A DNA stretch of 64,000 nt, from contig CAZUKQ010000001.1 in assembly GCA_964621025.1 (NCBI GenBank), positions 15,288 to 79,287 on the forward strand, written 5' to 3'. This DNA is from Candidatus Woesearchaeota archaeon (GTDB lineage Archaea; Nanobdellota; Nanobdellia; Pacearchaeales; GW2011-AR1). A program made the position numbers and the translations under genes. Positions 1 to 8,266 of the stretch are shown piece after piece. Under the pieces are notes generated by a model. That model saw only the letters and a list, made by a program, of their open reading frames with translations, searched no databases and was not told where the DNA came from. The stretch's first letter is position 1. Each line of letters starts with the position of its first letter.

Positions 1-183
1 ATAAGTTTCAGAAGTTACGAATCTGGAGGTTACATTTTAGAAAGAAAAAGTTCTCTTTTAACAAATAACTGGACAACTGTAACCAATCTTACTGGGGCGG
101 TTGGAACAAATTTAACAACTCTTGCAATTCCGAAGGATAGTTCTCCCACAGGGTTTTATAGACTAAAATTTAAGTATAAATGA
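1..183 (+). CDS. 3' end of a CDS entering from upstream (C-terminal ~60 aa, ends TGFYRLKFKYK*)
   Basis: Frame 1 is open from base 1 to TGA 181-183. The stop overlaps the next ATG (ATGA). No family recognised. Confidence 0.4.
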   Translation: MSFRSYESGGYILERKSSLLTNNWTTVTNLTGAVGTNLTTLAIPKDSSPTGFYRLKFKYK

Positions 184-518
184 TGGAAGAAGGATACACA
201 ACATTTAGACAGAAAGTTGGGCTGAAGTATGGGCTGAATTTGAGAGATGGTTTAGTTCTTGCTTGCGCATGTGAAGACTACATTGAACAATGTCAAGATT
301 CCAGAAAAATTTTTGTTTCAAATGTTTCTTCTAAGAATCCTAAATTTGAAGTGAACGCTCAAGATCTCACCGAGTTAATTAGACTGAAAGCTGAAAAAGG
401 AGATTTGCTAGAGTTTAGAATTGGCGGAACAGACATCCTTGCAAAGACTTTTCGTGAAGAACTTAGAAAAGGTTTGACTGAAGAAGACTATCTTTTTAAC
501 TGGTGGATAGAAGAGTAA
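180..518 (+). CDS. hypothetical protein (112 aa)
   Basis: ORF track. Start overlaps the upstream stop. No recognisable motif. Confidence 0.5.
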   Translation: MMEEGYTTFRQKVGLKYGLNLRDGLVLACACEDYIEQCQDSRKIFVSNVSSKNPKFEVNAQDLTELIRLKAEKGDLLEFRIGGTDILAKTFREELRKGLTEEDYLFNWWIEE

Positions 519-565
519 TTTTCTCAATAACATAGCTTTAAAAGCCACTTTTTACAAATATTATT

Positions 566-1021
566 ATGGCAGATTTTAGATCATTCGAACGAAATGGCGG
601 AAGAGACAATCGTGGTGGAGACCGAAGAAATTTTAGTAGTGATAGAAGAGAAGGCGGTAGAAGCTATGGTGGTCGAGATGGTGGAAGTAGAGGCGGATTC
701 GGAGGAGATAGAAGAGAAAGTAGAGACCGAAGAGACTTACCATTCTGTGATGCTGTTTGTGCGAGTTGTGGTAAAGACTGTAAGGTTCCATTTAAACCAA
801 CTGGAGACAAACCAGTATACTGTCGAGCTTGTTTTAATAAAGACGGAGACAACCCTAAGAATGTTGAAAGATCCGAAAGAAGTAGTGCACCTTCAAGTTC
901 TGCAGGTTCAGTTTCACCAGCTCAATTCAAACAACTTAGCGATAAGGTAGACAAAATCTTAGAAATCTTGGAGTCTTTGGAAATGGATGACGATGAAGAC
1001 GAAGAAGAGGACGAGGAATAA
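566..1021 (+). CDS. CxxC-x17-CxxC zinc-ribbon protein with RGG/RD-rich N-terminus and acidic tail
   Basis: CASC, then 17 residues (GKDCKVPFKPTGDKPVY), then CRAC. N-terminal GGRD/RGG repeats and a C-terminal DDDEDEEEDEE tail. Confidence 0.75.
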   Translation: MADFRSFERNGGRDNRGGDRRNFSSDRREGGRSYGGRDGGSRGGFGGDRRESRDRRDLPFCDAVCASCGKDCKVPFKPTGDKPVYCRACFNKDGDNPKNVERSERSSAPSSSAGSVSPAQFKQLSDKVDKILEILESLEMDDDEDEEEDEE

Positions 1022-1063
1022 TTTTACAAATATTTATAAAACTGACTTGATTAATTTTTAAAA

Positions 1064-1094
1064 GGTGATGGTTCAGAATCGCCTAAGAATTCTA
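1064..1094 (+). promoter_or_regulatory. conserved 5' element, copy 1 (GGTGATGGTTCAGAATCGCCTAAGAATTCTA)
   Basis: Near-identical to copies at 33015 and 39947 and partly to 6453. Ends 10 nt before ATG 1105. TATA-like TTATAAAA at 1034-1041. Confidence 0.6.
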
Positions 1095-1104
1095 AAATAT
1101 TGAA

Positions 1105-1734
1105 ATGAAAGAACAAGCAAACCCTACTGGCAGAATGTTAAGCTATTATGGTTACGCAACTGACAGATTGAAACCTCTGGTAACTGAGTCTGATGATGCA
1201 ATATTATTGGATAGAACTATTGAAGTTATGAAATCTATTTTTGATTACTATCTTGATGCCATGGAAGAAGTGTTGTTGGGAGACGATGGCTCTTTTGATG
1301 AAGTTGTTGTGAAAGATCTCACTGAAAAGATTAATGGTTACGGAGCAGAAAGAAAAAGATGTTTGAAAGAAGCTAGAAGGTGCTCTGTTTTATATTTCTT
1401 TACAGGTGTAGAAGGTTTCAAAGAGGCATCGAACAGTTATAGAAACTGTGCGAAGATATACAAGGAGAGCATTTCAACTCTTGATGAAGTAAGACAAAAA
1501 AGTGCAGCAAGAATAACAAAAAATAACTCTGAAGGCAAAACTCTTGTTGATAAACTTGGAGATGTAAAAGAAAAAGAGGCCATTGAAAAAAACAAATTTG
1601 ATAATTATCTAAGAGAATTTGCCGTAGATATTTCTGCAGAAGATAGAGCAAGGTATGTAGCTCATCCAGACCACATGGTTTATGACACTATCTTAAAATT
1701 AAGAGAAAAGTATGATCCTACTGGAAGAATCTGA
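1105..1734 (+). CDS. hypothetical protein (209 aa)
   Basis: ORF track. Preceded by the conserved 5' element. The antisense ORF 1418-1651 is judged spurious. Confidence 0.6.
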   Translation: MKEQANPTGRMLSYYGYATDRLKPLVTESDDAILLDRTIEVMKSIFDYYLDAMEEVLLGDDGSFDEVVVKDLTEKINGYGAERKRCLKEARRCSVLYFFTGVEGFKEASNSYRNCAKIYKESISTLDEVRQKSAARITKNNSEGKTLVDKLGDVKEKEAIEKNKFDNYLREFAVDISAEDRARYVAHPDHMVYDTILKLREKYDPTGRI

Positions 1735-1781
1735 AAAGTTAAAATAAAAAAATAAAAATTACTAACAGTTAAGCTTGAGAA

Positions 1782-1931
1782 TTATCTCTTTTTAGCGTAA
1801 CATTCTTTACAAAATACATCTCTACCTGCTGTAGGTTTGAAAGGTACTTCGCATTCTTTTTTACAACCAGCGCAAGTTGCTTTATGCATTTCTCTTGGTC
1901 CGTTGTTGAATCCGTTGTTTCTTTGTTCCAT
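1782..1931 (-). CDS. small CxxC-x17-CxxC zinc-ribbon protein (49 aa, not in ORF track)
   Basis: Hand translation gives MEQRNNGFNNGPREMHKATCAGCKKECEVPFKPTAGRDVFCKECYAKKR*. It has CAGC-x17-CKEC and shares the C-x-VPFKPT core with the 566-1021 protein. Confidence 0.65.
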   Translation of the reverse strand: MEQRNNGFNNGPREMHKATCAGCKKECEVPFKPTAGRDVFCKECYAKKR

Positions 1932-2053
1932 ATTATTATTTTCTCCTTTCAATTGATATTAGATATTGAAGGAAAATGGTCTAGTTTTTAATTAAAGAAT
2001 TCTTCTGAAATATCTAATTATCTAAAGACTTAGGGGTTTAAAGATGTATGTTA

Positions 2054-3439
2054 TTACAAAACTATCGTTTCATCCATAGAGGGAATGTAATTTTCATACT
2101 TTTCCTTTGAAAGGGTCTTTGATAAGGCAACTTGCTGTTCTGCATCTCCGTGGATTATAAAAACTTTAGGCTTAGATGAGAAATTCTTTAACCATTTTAG
2201 AAGAACCGGTTTGTCTGCATGGGCTGAAAAACCTTCGATATTTTCGATTGTAGACTTAACTTGAATTTCTTTACCCAGTAATCTTATAACTTTCTGTCCT
2301 TCCCTAATCCAATAACCTAATGTGCCGTATACTTGGAATCCTACAAATAACAAAGTATTTTTTTCGTTTGAAATATTATTTGCAATATGGTGTTTTATTC
2401 TACCTGCCGTACACATACCATTTCCTGCTAAAACAATGCAAGGTCCTTTAACCCAGTTTATATCTTTAGATTCTCCACTTGATTTTGTCATTCTTAATTC
2501 GGGAAAACCAAAAACATCTTTTGTTTTTCTTAATCTTTTCTGAACATCAGAATTAAAATATTCTAGATACTTTCTAAAAACATCAGTAGATCTTATTGCC
2601 ATTGGTGAATCTAGGTATACGGGCATCTTGGGGATTATTCCTTCTTCCATAAATTCTCCAATAAAATACAATAATTCTTGTGTTCTCTCGACGGCAAAAG
2701 TTGGAATCATTAGTTTTCCACCACGCTTGTAAGATTCTCTTATTACTCTAACTAATTCTGTTTTTCTTTTACCTTCTGGTTCATGAATTCTGTCACCATA
2801 CGTTGATTCCATGAAAACAAAATCTGCCTTGGTAATTGGTTCAGTCTTTTTCACAAGAATAGAATTATTCTGTCCTAAATCTCCAGAGAATACAACTATC
2901 TTTGTTTTGTTTTTTTCTTTTACAGTTAGTTGAATTGAAGCCGAACCTAGAATGTGTCCTGCATCGTAGAACTTAGCAGAAATATTTTTTGTTACTTTAA
3001 CTGTTTCATCATAATCTACTGTAGAAAAAAGTTTCATAGTATCTTGAACATCAGCTACGCTATAAAGAGGTGTTCTTGCTGGAAGATTTTCTTCCACTCT
3101 TCTTGCGTTTTCATTTTTTGTATCTTCTGCTGCAATCTTTGCAGAGTCTAACATGATTATTTGTGCAAGAGCTTTTGTTGCTTCAGTTGTGTAAATTTTT
3201 CCTCTGAAACCTGACTTCACCAAAACAGGAATTCTTCCGCAGTGGTCTAAATGTGCATGAGTTAAAAGTAAAGCTTGATATTTTCTTGGATTTAATTCAA
3301 AGGGCTCATAGTTTAATTTTTCAGAATCTTTTCCACCTTGGAACATTCCACAGTCTATAATTATCTTTTCTTCGTCGAGAGATAGACTATAGCAAGAACC
3401 AGTAACTTGTTTTGCAGCACCTAAAACTTTTATTTCCAT
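2054..3439 (-). CDS. beta-CASP / metallo-beta-lactamase-fold ribonuclease (aCPSF2-like, no KH domains)
   Basis: THAHLDHCG MBL motif. The ~460 aa length and layout are typical of CPSF-like beta-CASP RNases. Confidence 0.85.
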   Translation of the reverse strand: MEIKVLGAAKQVTGSCYSLSLDEEKIIIDCGMFQGGKDSEKLNYEPFELNPRKYQALLLTHAHLDHCGRIPVLVKSGFRGKIYTTEATKALAQIIMLDSAKIAAEDTKNENARRVEENLPARTPLYSVADVQDTMKLFSTVDYDETVKVTKNISAKFYDAGHILGSASIQLTVKEKNKTKIVVFSGDLGQNNSILVKKTEPITKADFVFMESTYGDRIHEPEGKRKTELVRVIRESYKRGGKLMIPTFAVERTQELLYFIGEFMEEGIIPKMPVYLDSPMAIRSTDVFRKYLEYFNSDVQKRLRKTKDVFGFPELRMTKSSGESKDINWVKGPCIVLAGNGMCTAGRIKHHIANNISNEKNTLLFVGFQVYGTLGYWIREGQKVIRLLGKEIQVKSTIENIEGFSAHADKPVLLKWLKNFSSKPKVFIIHGDAEQQVALSKTLSKEKYENYIPSMDETIVL

Positions 3440-3527
3440 CTTTTTCTCTTTTTTAAGGAAATGCCTCTTTTAATAATTACCGCTTGTGAACTGGAATGTT
3501 TATTAACTAAAAAAAAGGACTAATAAA

Positions 3528-4952
3528 ATGAAAAAAGAGACTTATTCAGACAAACATGTTGAACCAAAAATTGCCGGTACCATTGGTGAAGAAATAGCTG
3601 AACATAATCATCTACTTCATGGACCTATTGTGAAAACTCTTACCTTTCTTTCTTTGCCAATAATGTTCGCTATGCTTCTTCAAATGATTTATAGTTTAAC
3701 AGATACTTTTTGGGTAGGTAGACTGGGTGCTAATGCTGTTGCATCTGTTTCTCTAAGCTGGCCTGTTTTATTTTTAATTACTTCTTTTGGTGGTGGTTTG
3801 GCAGTAGCGGGAACAATTTTAGTTTCGCAATATAAAGGAAAAGGCGACAGAAAAAAAGTTGATTTTTTCTCTTCACAAACAATTTCGATAATGTTTTTTA
3901 TTTCAATTATTCTAAGTATAGTAGGATATTATTGTTCTGATTTCTTAATTTCAATTATGGGGGCTTCAAAAGAAATACTTCCAGACGCTGTTAAATATTT
4001 GCAGGTTTCATTTATGGGTTTAGTTTTTTCTTATATCTATTTTAATTTTCAATCTTTGATGCGAGGAGTTGGAGAAGTAAAAATTCCATTATATATTGTG
4101 ATTGGAACAGTTATCTTAAATTTTATTTTAGATCCTATTTTTATTTTAGGTTGGGGAATGATTCCTAAGTTTGGAGTTGCTGGTGCCGCTTGGACTACAA
4201 CTATTGCTCAGGCAATTTCTTCAGTTATAGGTCTTGCTATTTTGTTAAAAGGAAATAAAGGTATTAAGATGCATTTGGAAGATATCAAACCTCGTTGGGA
4301 CGTTTTTAAAAAAATGTTTAGGTTAGGTTTTCCTTCGGCAATTGGTCAGTCCATACGTTCAATAAACATGCTTGTTGTAATCTTTCTTGTGGCTGGTTTC
4401 GGTACTGTTTCAATTGCCGCATTCGGTCTTGGCGTTAGAATTCTTGCGTTAGTTATCGTTCCTGCAGTTGGATTTTCGATGGCAGTATCTACAATGATTG
4501 GCCAGAATTTGGGCGCAAAGAAATTAGAACGAGCAGAACAAATTTCAAATAAGGGAATGATTATCGCCTTTTTGTTGTTGACTTTCCTTGGGGCGATAGT
4601 ATTCATTTTTGCCGAGGCTATAACAACTGTTTTTGTTCCTGGTGAACTGGAAGTAATTGCTGAGTGTGTTTACTATATACGAGCTATGGCTTTGACGTTT
4701 GGTTTTATTGGATTACAAATGTCTATAATGGGAACTCTTCAGGGTTCCGGAAATACTAGAAAAGCTATGGAACAGTCAATTCTTTCTTTGGTCTTCTTAT
4801 TTGGCTTTGCTTTTGTTTTGTCTAAGTTTACCCATATGGGCATCAACGGAATTTGGTGGGCCTATCCTATTTCTAATGTTTTGACCGCAGTAGTTTCTTG
4901 GTTCTATATTGCAAATGGGAAGTGGAAGTATACAAAAGTTATTGAACATTAG
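3528..4952 (+). CDS. MATE family efflux transporter
   Basis: 474 aa polytopic membrane protein whose N-terminal segment (PIVKTL..LPIMFAMLLQMIYSLTDTFWVGRLG) is typical of MATE/NorM. TTATTAAC box starts 28 nt before the ATG. Confidence 0.85.
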   Translation: MKKETYSDKHVEPKIAGTIGEEIAEHNHLLHGPIVKTLTFLSLPIMFAMLLQMIYSLTDTFWVGRLGANAVASVSLSWPVLFLITSFGGGLAVAGTILVSQYKGKGDRKKVDFFSSQTISIMFFISIILSIVGYYCSDFLISIMGASKEILPDAVKYLQVSFMGLVFSYIYFNFQSLMRGVGEVKIPLYIVIGTVILNFILDPIFILGWGMIPKFGVAGAAWTTTIAQAISSVIGLAILLKGNKGIKMHLEDIKPRWDVFKKMFRLGFPSAIGQSIRSINMLVVIFLVAGFGTVSIAAFGLGVRILALVIVPAVGFSMAVSTMIGQNLGAKKLERAEQISNKGMIIAFLLLTFLGAIVFIFAEAITTVFVPGELEVIAECVYYIRAMALTFGFIGLQMSIMGTLQGSGNTRKAMEQSILSLVFLFGFAFVLSKFTHMGINGIWWAYPISNVLTAVVSWFYIANGKWKYTKVIEH

Positions 4953-4994
4953 AAATCTTCTTGACTTCAAACCTATTTGGACTCTTCGTACTGT

Positions 4995-5002
4995 TTATAA
5001 AT
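4995..5002 (+). promoter_or_regulatory. TATA box (TTATAAAT), starts 28 nt upstream of ATG 5023
   Basis: Fits the recurrent -28 TATA rule seen across the window. Confidence 0.6.
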
Positions 5003-5022
5003 AAGTCTTTATTGATTATCTT

Positions 5023-5604
5023 ATGGTTGATAATTACATCTCAATAGACTTGAACGATTCAAGGACTAAAAATATCGCGGAAATAATTGGGAATAAAACT
5101 TGTAAAAAAATTCTAAATCTGTTGGCAGAAAAAGAATTGAATGAAAGTGAAATTGCGGATGAGTTGAATATTCCTCTGAATAGTGTTGATTATAACATAA
5201 AAAAACTAATTAAGTCTGGATTGATTGAATCTAGTAAACATAAATGGTCTGTGAAGGGTAAGAGAATGCCTTCCTATAAAGTTTCTGATAAAAAAATAGT
5301 TATTTCTCCGAAAAGAAATTTTTCAAGTGTTCTTTTAATCCCAGCTTTGTTAGTTGGTGGAGCAATTGCTTTTGCTGTAAAAAAATTTACTCAAACAGAA
5401 ATAATCTCTGCAGATTTATATTATGTAAAAGAAGCTGCTGACTCTCTGATGATGGCTTCGCCAAGAGCTGCCTCAATTGCTGTTGAAAAAACAGGATTCT
5501 TGCAGTCTATTGCTGGATGGGAATGGTTTTTGATGGGAATCTGGTCTGGAATAATTTTATTATTCTTTATGAGTTATATTAAACACAAAAATGAAAGGAG
5601 GTAA
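5023..5604 (+). CDS. ArsR-type winged-helix regulator with C-terminal transmembrane segments
   Basis: CKKILNLLAEKELNESEIADELNIPLNSVDYNIKKLIKSGLIE resembles an ArsR HTH. Two hydrophobic segments lie in the C-terminal half. Confidence 0.6.
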   Translation: MVDNYISIDLNDSRTKNIAEIIGNKTCKKILNLLAEKELNESEIADELNIPLNSVDYNIKKLIKSGLIESSKHKWSVKGKRMPSYKVSDKKIVISPKRNFSSVLLIPALLVGGAIAFAVKKFTQTEIISADLYYVKEAADSLMMASPRAASIAVEKTGFLQSIAGWEWFLMGIWSGIILLFFMSYIKHKNERR

Positions 5605-5605
5605 A

Positions 5606-6361
5606 ATGGAAAAACAAGTAAAAATAACACTGATAATTTCAGTAGCTGTTTTATTAGCAATCTGCATAATTGGATTAGGACTTTACAAAGTTGTAAATCC
5701 TGTTAGAGGTCAAGTAATTACTGTTGATGGTTCTTCTACGATAAAAGTAAATCCTGATTTAGTTACTATTAATTTCAATATTGAAACTAATGGTTCTGAT
5801 GCAAAAACTGCTAAAGATGCTAACGAAGTAATTTTGACGAAGTTGGTTGATGGCTTAATCGCTTTAGGTTTTGCTAGAGAAGATATTAAGACACAATCTT
5901 TGAATATCTATCCTTGGCAAGAATGGAATGGAAACAAAATGGTTGACAAAGGATACAAGGCTTCTCATCAAATTACCGTTGAGTTAAATACTTCCGATGC
6001 ATCTATGATTGCGAAAGTTATCGACGCTGGTGTTGATTCAGGTGCTCTTTTGAGTTACATAAACTTTGAGTTAAGTGATTCGAAACAAAATGAATACAAA
6101 GCACAGGCATTGAAACAAGCTGGTACAGATGCTAGAACAAAAGCAGTTGCAATTGCTGAAGGTCTTGGAATGAAAATTGGTTCTAAACCGGTTTCAGTAA
6201 CAACTTCAAGCTTTAACTATAATCCTTGGAATGTCTACAGTAATGCTGGCATGATGAGAGATGTAGCATACGCTGAAGAAGCAAAGTTAGCTGTTACAAA
6301 CATCGTTCCTGGTGATCAGACAGTTTACGGAAATATACAAGTAACTTACAAGTTATATTAA
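5606..6361 (+). CDS. SIMPL (DUF541) domain protein with signal anchor
   Basis: ITVDGSSTIKVNPDLVTINFNIET...KASHQITVEL pattern typical of the SIMPL/BP26 family. Start set at ATG 5606 because AGGAGGT lies 4 nt upstream. The ORF-track start 5591 would overlap the previous gene. Confidence 0.7.
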   Translation: MEKQVKITLIISVAVLLAICIIGLGLYKVVNPVRGQVITVDGSSTIKVNPDLVTINFNIETNGSDAKTAKDANEVILTKLVDGLIALGFAREDIKTQSLNIYPWQEWNGNKMVDKGYKASHQITVELNTSDASMIAKVIDAGVDSGALLSYINFELSDSKQNEYKAQALKQAGTDARTKAVAIAEGLGMKIGSKPVSVTTSSFNYNPWNVYSNAGMMRDVAYAEEAKLAVTNIVPGDQTVYGNIQVTYKLY

Positions 6362-6452
6362 TTTAATTTTCCTCTTTTATTTTTTGAGGATTTTTTCTTT
6401 TATTTATTTAAACACAAACCTTAAAAGTCACTAGGATTTCTATGAGTAAAGA

Positions 6453-6484
6453 GATTTTGGTAAAAGAATCGCCTCAGAATTCTG
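6453..6484 (+). promoter_or_regulatory. conserved 5' element, copy 2 (degenerate: GATTTTGGTAAAAGAATCGCCTCAGAATTCTG)
   Basis: Shares GGT..AGAATCGCCT.AGAATTCT with the other copies and has the same 10-nt spacing to ATG 6495. Confidence 0.45.
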
Positions 6485-6494
6485 TAAAAATAAA

Positions 6495-7244
6495 ATGTCA
6501 AATGTGAATGAGAATACAGAAGCAAGAAAACTCTTTTTGAATAAGTTCCCCATAGATCGTGTTGTAGACATCGATAAACAAAGACTTTTTTATTTGTTAG
6601 ATCAAAGCAATACATATCCTGTAGAACTCTCTTTTATTCAATATCCCGAAGAGGCACAAATTTCATGTGCAATGACTCATGAAGGACTTGACGAAAAACT
6701 TAGCCCAAGACTTAATTTAATGAGTGACTTGTATAAAACACTTAGGGGCACAATAAAACTTAGAGGATTTGAAAAGAATATGTTTACCTCCAGAGTTTTA
6801 CCTCCGAAATTCTTTTTAGAAGTAAGTGAAGAAATCTCTTTTCTTGGAGAAAGTTATGAAAACAATCCTGAAAGATTTAGAGAAGCATACACTAATCTTT
6901 TTGAAAGTCTTAGTTTACGATTAGGGGTTGAAAGAATGGTTTTGGGAGAAGATTATTTGCATGGAGAAAAAGCCATTTTAGGACCCTTTGAGGATTTTAG
7001 AATTGAAGTTCCTAAACCGACTGGATGCTTCTTAAGTCTTAATATTTGTGCAAGTGAAAATGCAGACTATTCAAGAATTCCAGAAATTTATAAAATTCTT
7101 TTTGAAACTGGAAAAGAAAAATTAGTACCTCTCGCCAAATTTTATAATAATGAACCAACTACTAATTGTAATTTCCACATAAAACTAGATGGTTATGGGA
7201 GAACCTTACCTTTCTCGGCATCTCACCAAAAGTTGTTAGAATAA
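6495..7244 (+). CDS. hypothetical protein (249 aa)
   Basis: ORF track. Preceded by the conserved 5' element. Confidence 0.55.
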   Translation: MSNVNENTEARKLFLNKFPIDRVVDIDKQRLFYLLDQSNTYPVELSFIQYPEEAQISCAMTHEGLDEKLSPRLNLMSDLYKTLRGTIKLRGFEKNMFTSRVLPPKFFLEVSEEISFLGESYENNPERFREAYTNLFESLSLRLGVERMVLGEDYLHGEKAILGPFEDFRIEVPKPTGCFLSLNICASENADYSRIPEIYKILFETGKEKLVPLAKFYNNEPTTNCNFHIKLDGYGRTLPFSASHQKLLE

Positions 7245-7263
7245 TTTTCTCTTTTCATTAAGT

Positions 7264-7271
7264 CTATAAAT
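7264..7271 (+). promoter_or_regulatory. TATA box (CTATAAAT), starts 28 nt upstream of ATG 7292
   Basis: Fits the -28 TATA rule. Confidence 0.55.
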
Positions 7272-7291
7272 CTCTAAAATTAATCATTTTT

Positions 7292-8218
7292 ATGGAAAAA
7301 CTTAAAATTGGAAACGTTGAGATAGATAATCCTTTTGTGTTAGCACCAATGGCTGCTGTGAATAACACTTCGTTTAGATTGTTCTGTAAAAAACAGGGCG
7401 CTGGTTTAGTTTATACTCAGATGATTGACACGGACAAACTCGTTTTGAGAAAAGCTGAAGACATAAAAGATTTTTTAAATATTCACAAAGATGAAAGACC
7501 TGTTTCGGTGCAGTTGATTGGTTACAATACTGAAAACTTGGTTAAATCGGTTAAGCTGGTTGAACCTTACGCAGATATTATTGATTACAATCTGGGTTGT
7601 ATTTTAGAAGATTACATGGCTCGAGGTTGTGGTGGAAAACTTTTGAATGATTTAGATAAGATGAAAGAGAATGTGACTGCAATGGTAAAAGCAACGAAGA
7701 AACCGGTAACTTGTAAGATTCGAATTGGTTATGATGGGCAGAGTATTAATGCTGTTAATGTCTGTAGAATGTTGGAAGAGTGTGGCGTTGCGGCGATTGC
7801 TATTCATGGAAGAACTGTTCAGCAAGGTTATGGAAAGAAAGTTAATTGGACAATTATGAAACAAGTCAAGGAAAAGGCGAAAGTTCCAATTATGGCTAAC
7901 GGCGACGTTGAAACTTACGAAGGTGCATTAGAACTTTTGAAAAAAACTGGTTGCGATTTTGTTATGATTGGTCGAGAGGCACAGCATGCACCATGGGTTT
8001 TCAATAAAGATTTCGTTAGAACAAATGAAAATGTAAAAGCTGCAATTTTGGAATACATTGAATTTTATCAGAAATATGAAAGGAGAAATTCGATTCAGGA
8101 ACTAACTCAACATGTTTATTGGATGTTTAGAGATATCAAGACTTCTTTGAGAGCGAAATGGGTTTCTGAGTGTACAACTGTTGAAGAAGTTAAGGCGTTT
8201 TTGGATAGAATTGACTAA
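7292..8218 (+). CDS. dus: tRNA-dihydrouridine synthase (Dus family)
   Basis: LAPMAAVNNTSFRLFCKKQGAGLVYTQMI and AIAIHGRT motifs in a ~310 aa TIM-barrel flavoenzyme pattern. Confidence 0.85.
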   Translation: MEKLKIGNVEIDNPFVLAPMAAVNNTSFRLFCKKQGAGLVYTQMIDTDKLVLRKAEDIKDFLNIHKDERPVSVQLIGYNTENLVKSVKLVEPYADIIDYNLGCILEDYMARGCGGKLLNDLDKMKENVTAMVKATKKPVTCKIRIGYDGQSINAVNVCRMLEECGVAAIAIHGRTVQQGYGKKVNWTIMKQVKEKAKVPIMANGDVETYEGALELLKKTGCDFVMIGREAQHAPWVFNKDFVRTNENVKAAILEYIEFYQKYERRNSIQELTQHVYWMFRDIKTSLRAKWVSECTTVEEVKAFLDRID

Positions 8219-8266
8219 TCAGTTAATCACATAAATCTTTTTAAGTTAAATTTTGTTTTAGTTTTT

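Noticed and set aside
594-950. Overlapping ORFs 594-950 (+) and 664-852 (-) inside the RGG/CxxC protein gene
   Set aside because: They are alternative-frame readings of the GA-rich RGG repeat. Their products are low-complexity (E/V-rich, L/P/S-rich). The 566-1021 frame carries the CxxC-x17-CxxC motif.
1068-1102. Mini upstream ORFs starting at the ATG inside the conserved 5' element (MVQNRLRILKY*, MVRESP*, MVMVGESP*)
   Set aside because: The 1-nt indel in copy 1 changes the peptide completely while nucleotide identity continues past the stop codons, and copy 2 has no ATG. Conservation is therefore at the DNA/RNA level, not the peptide level. A short leaderless uORF is kept only as a secondary possibility.
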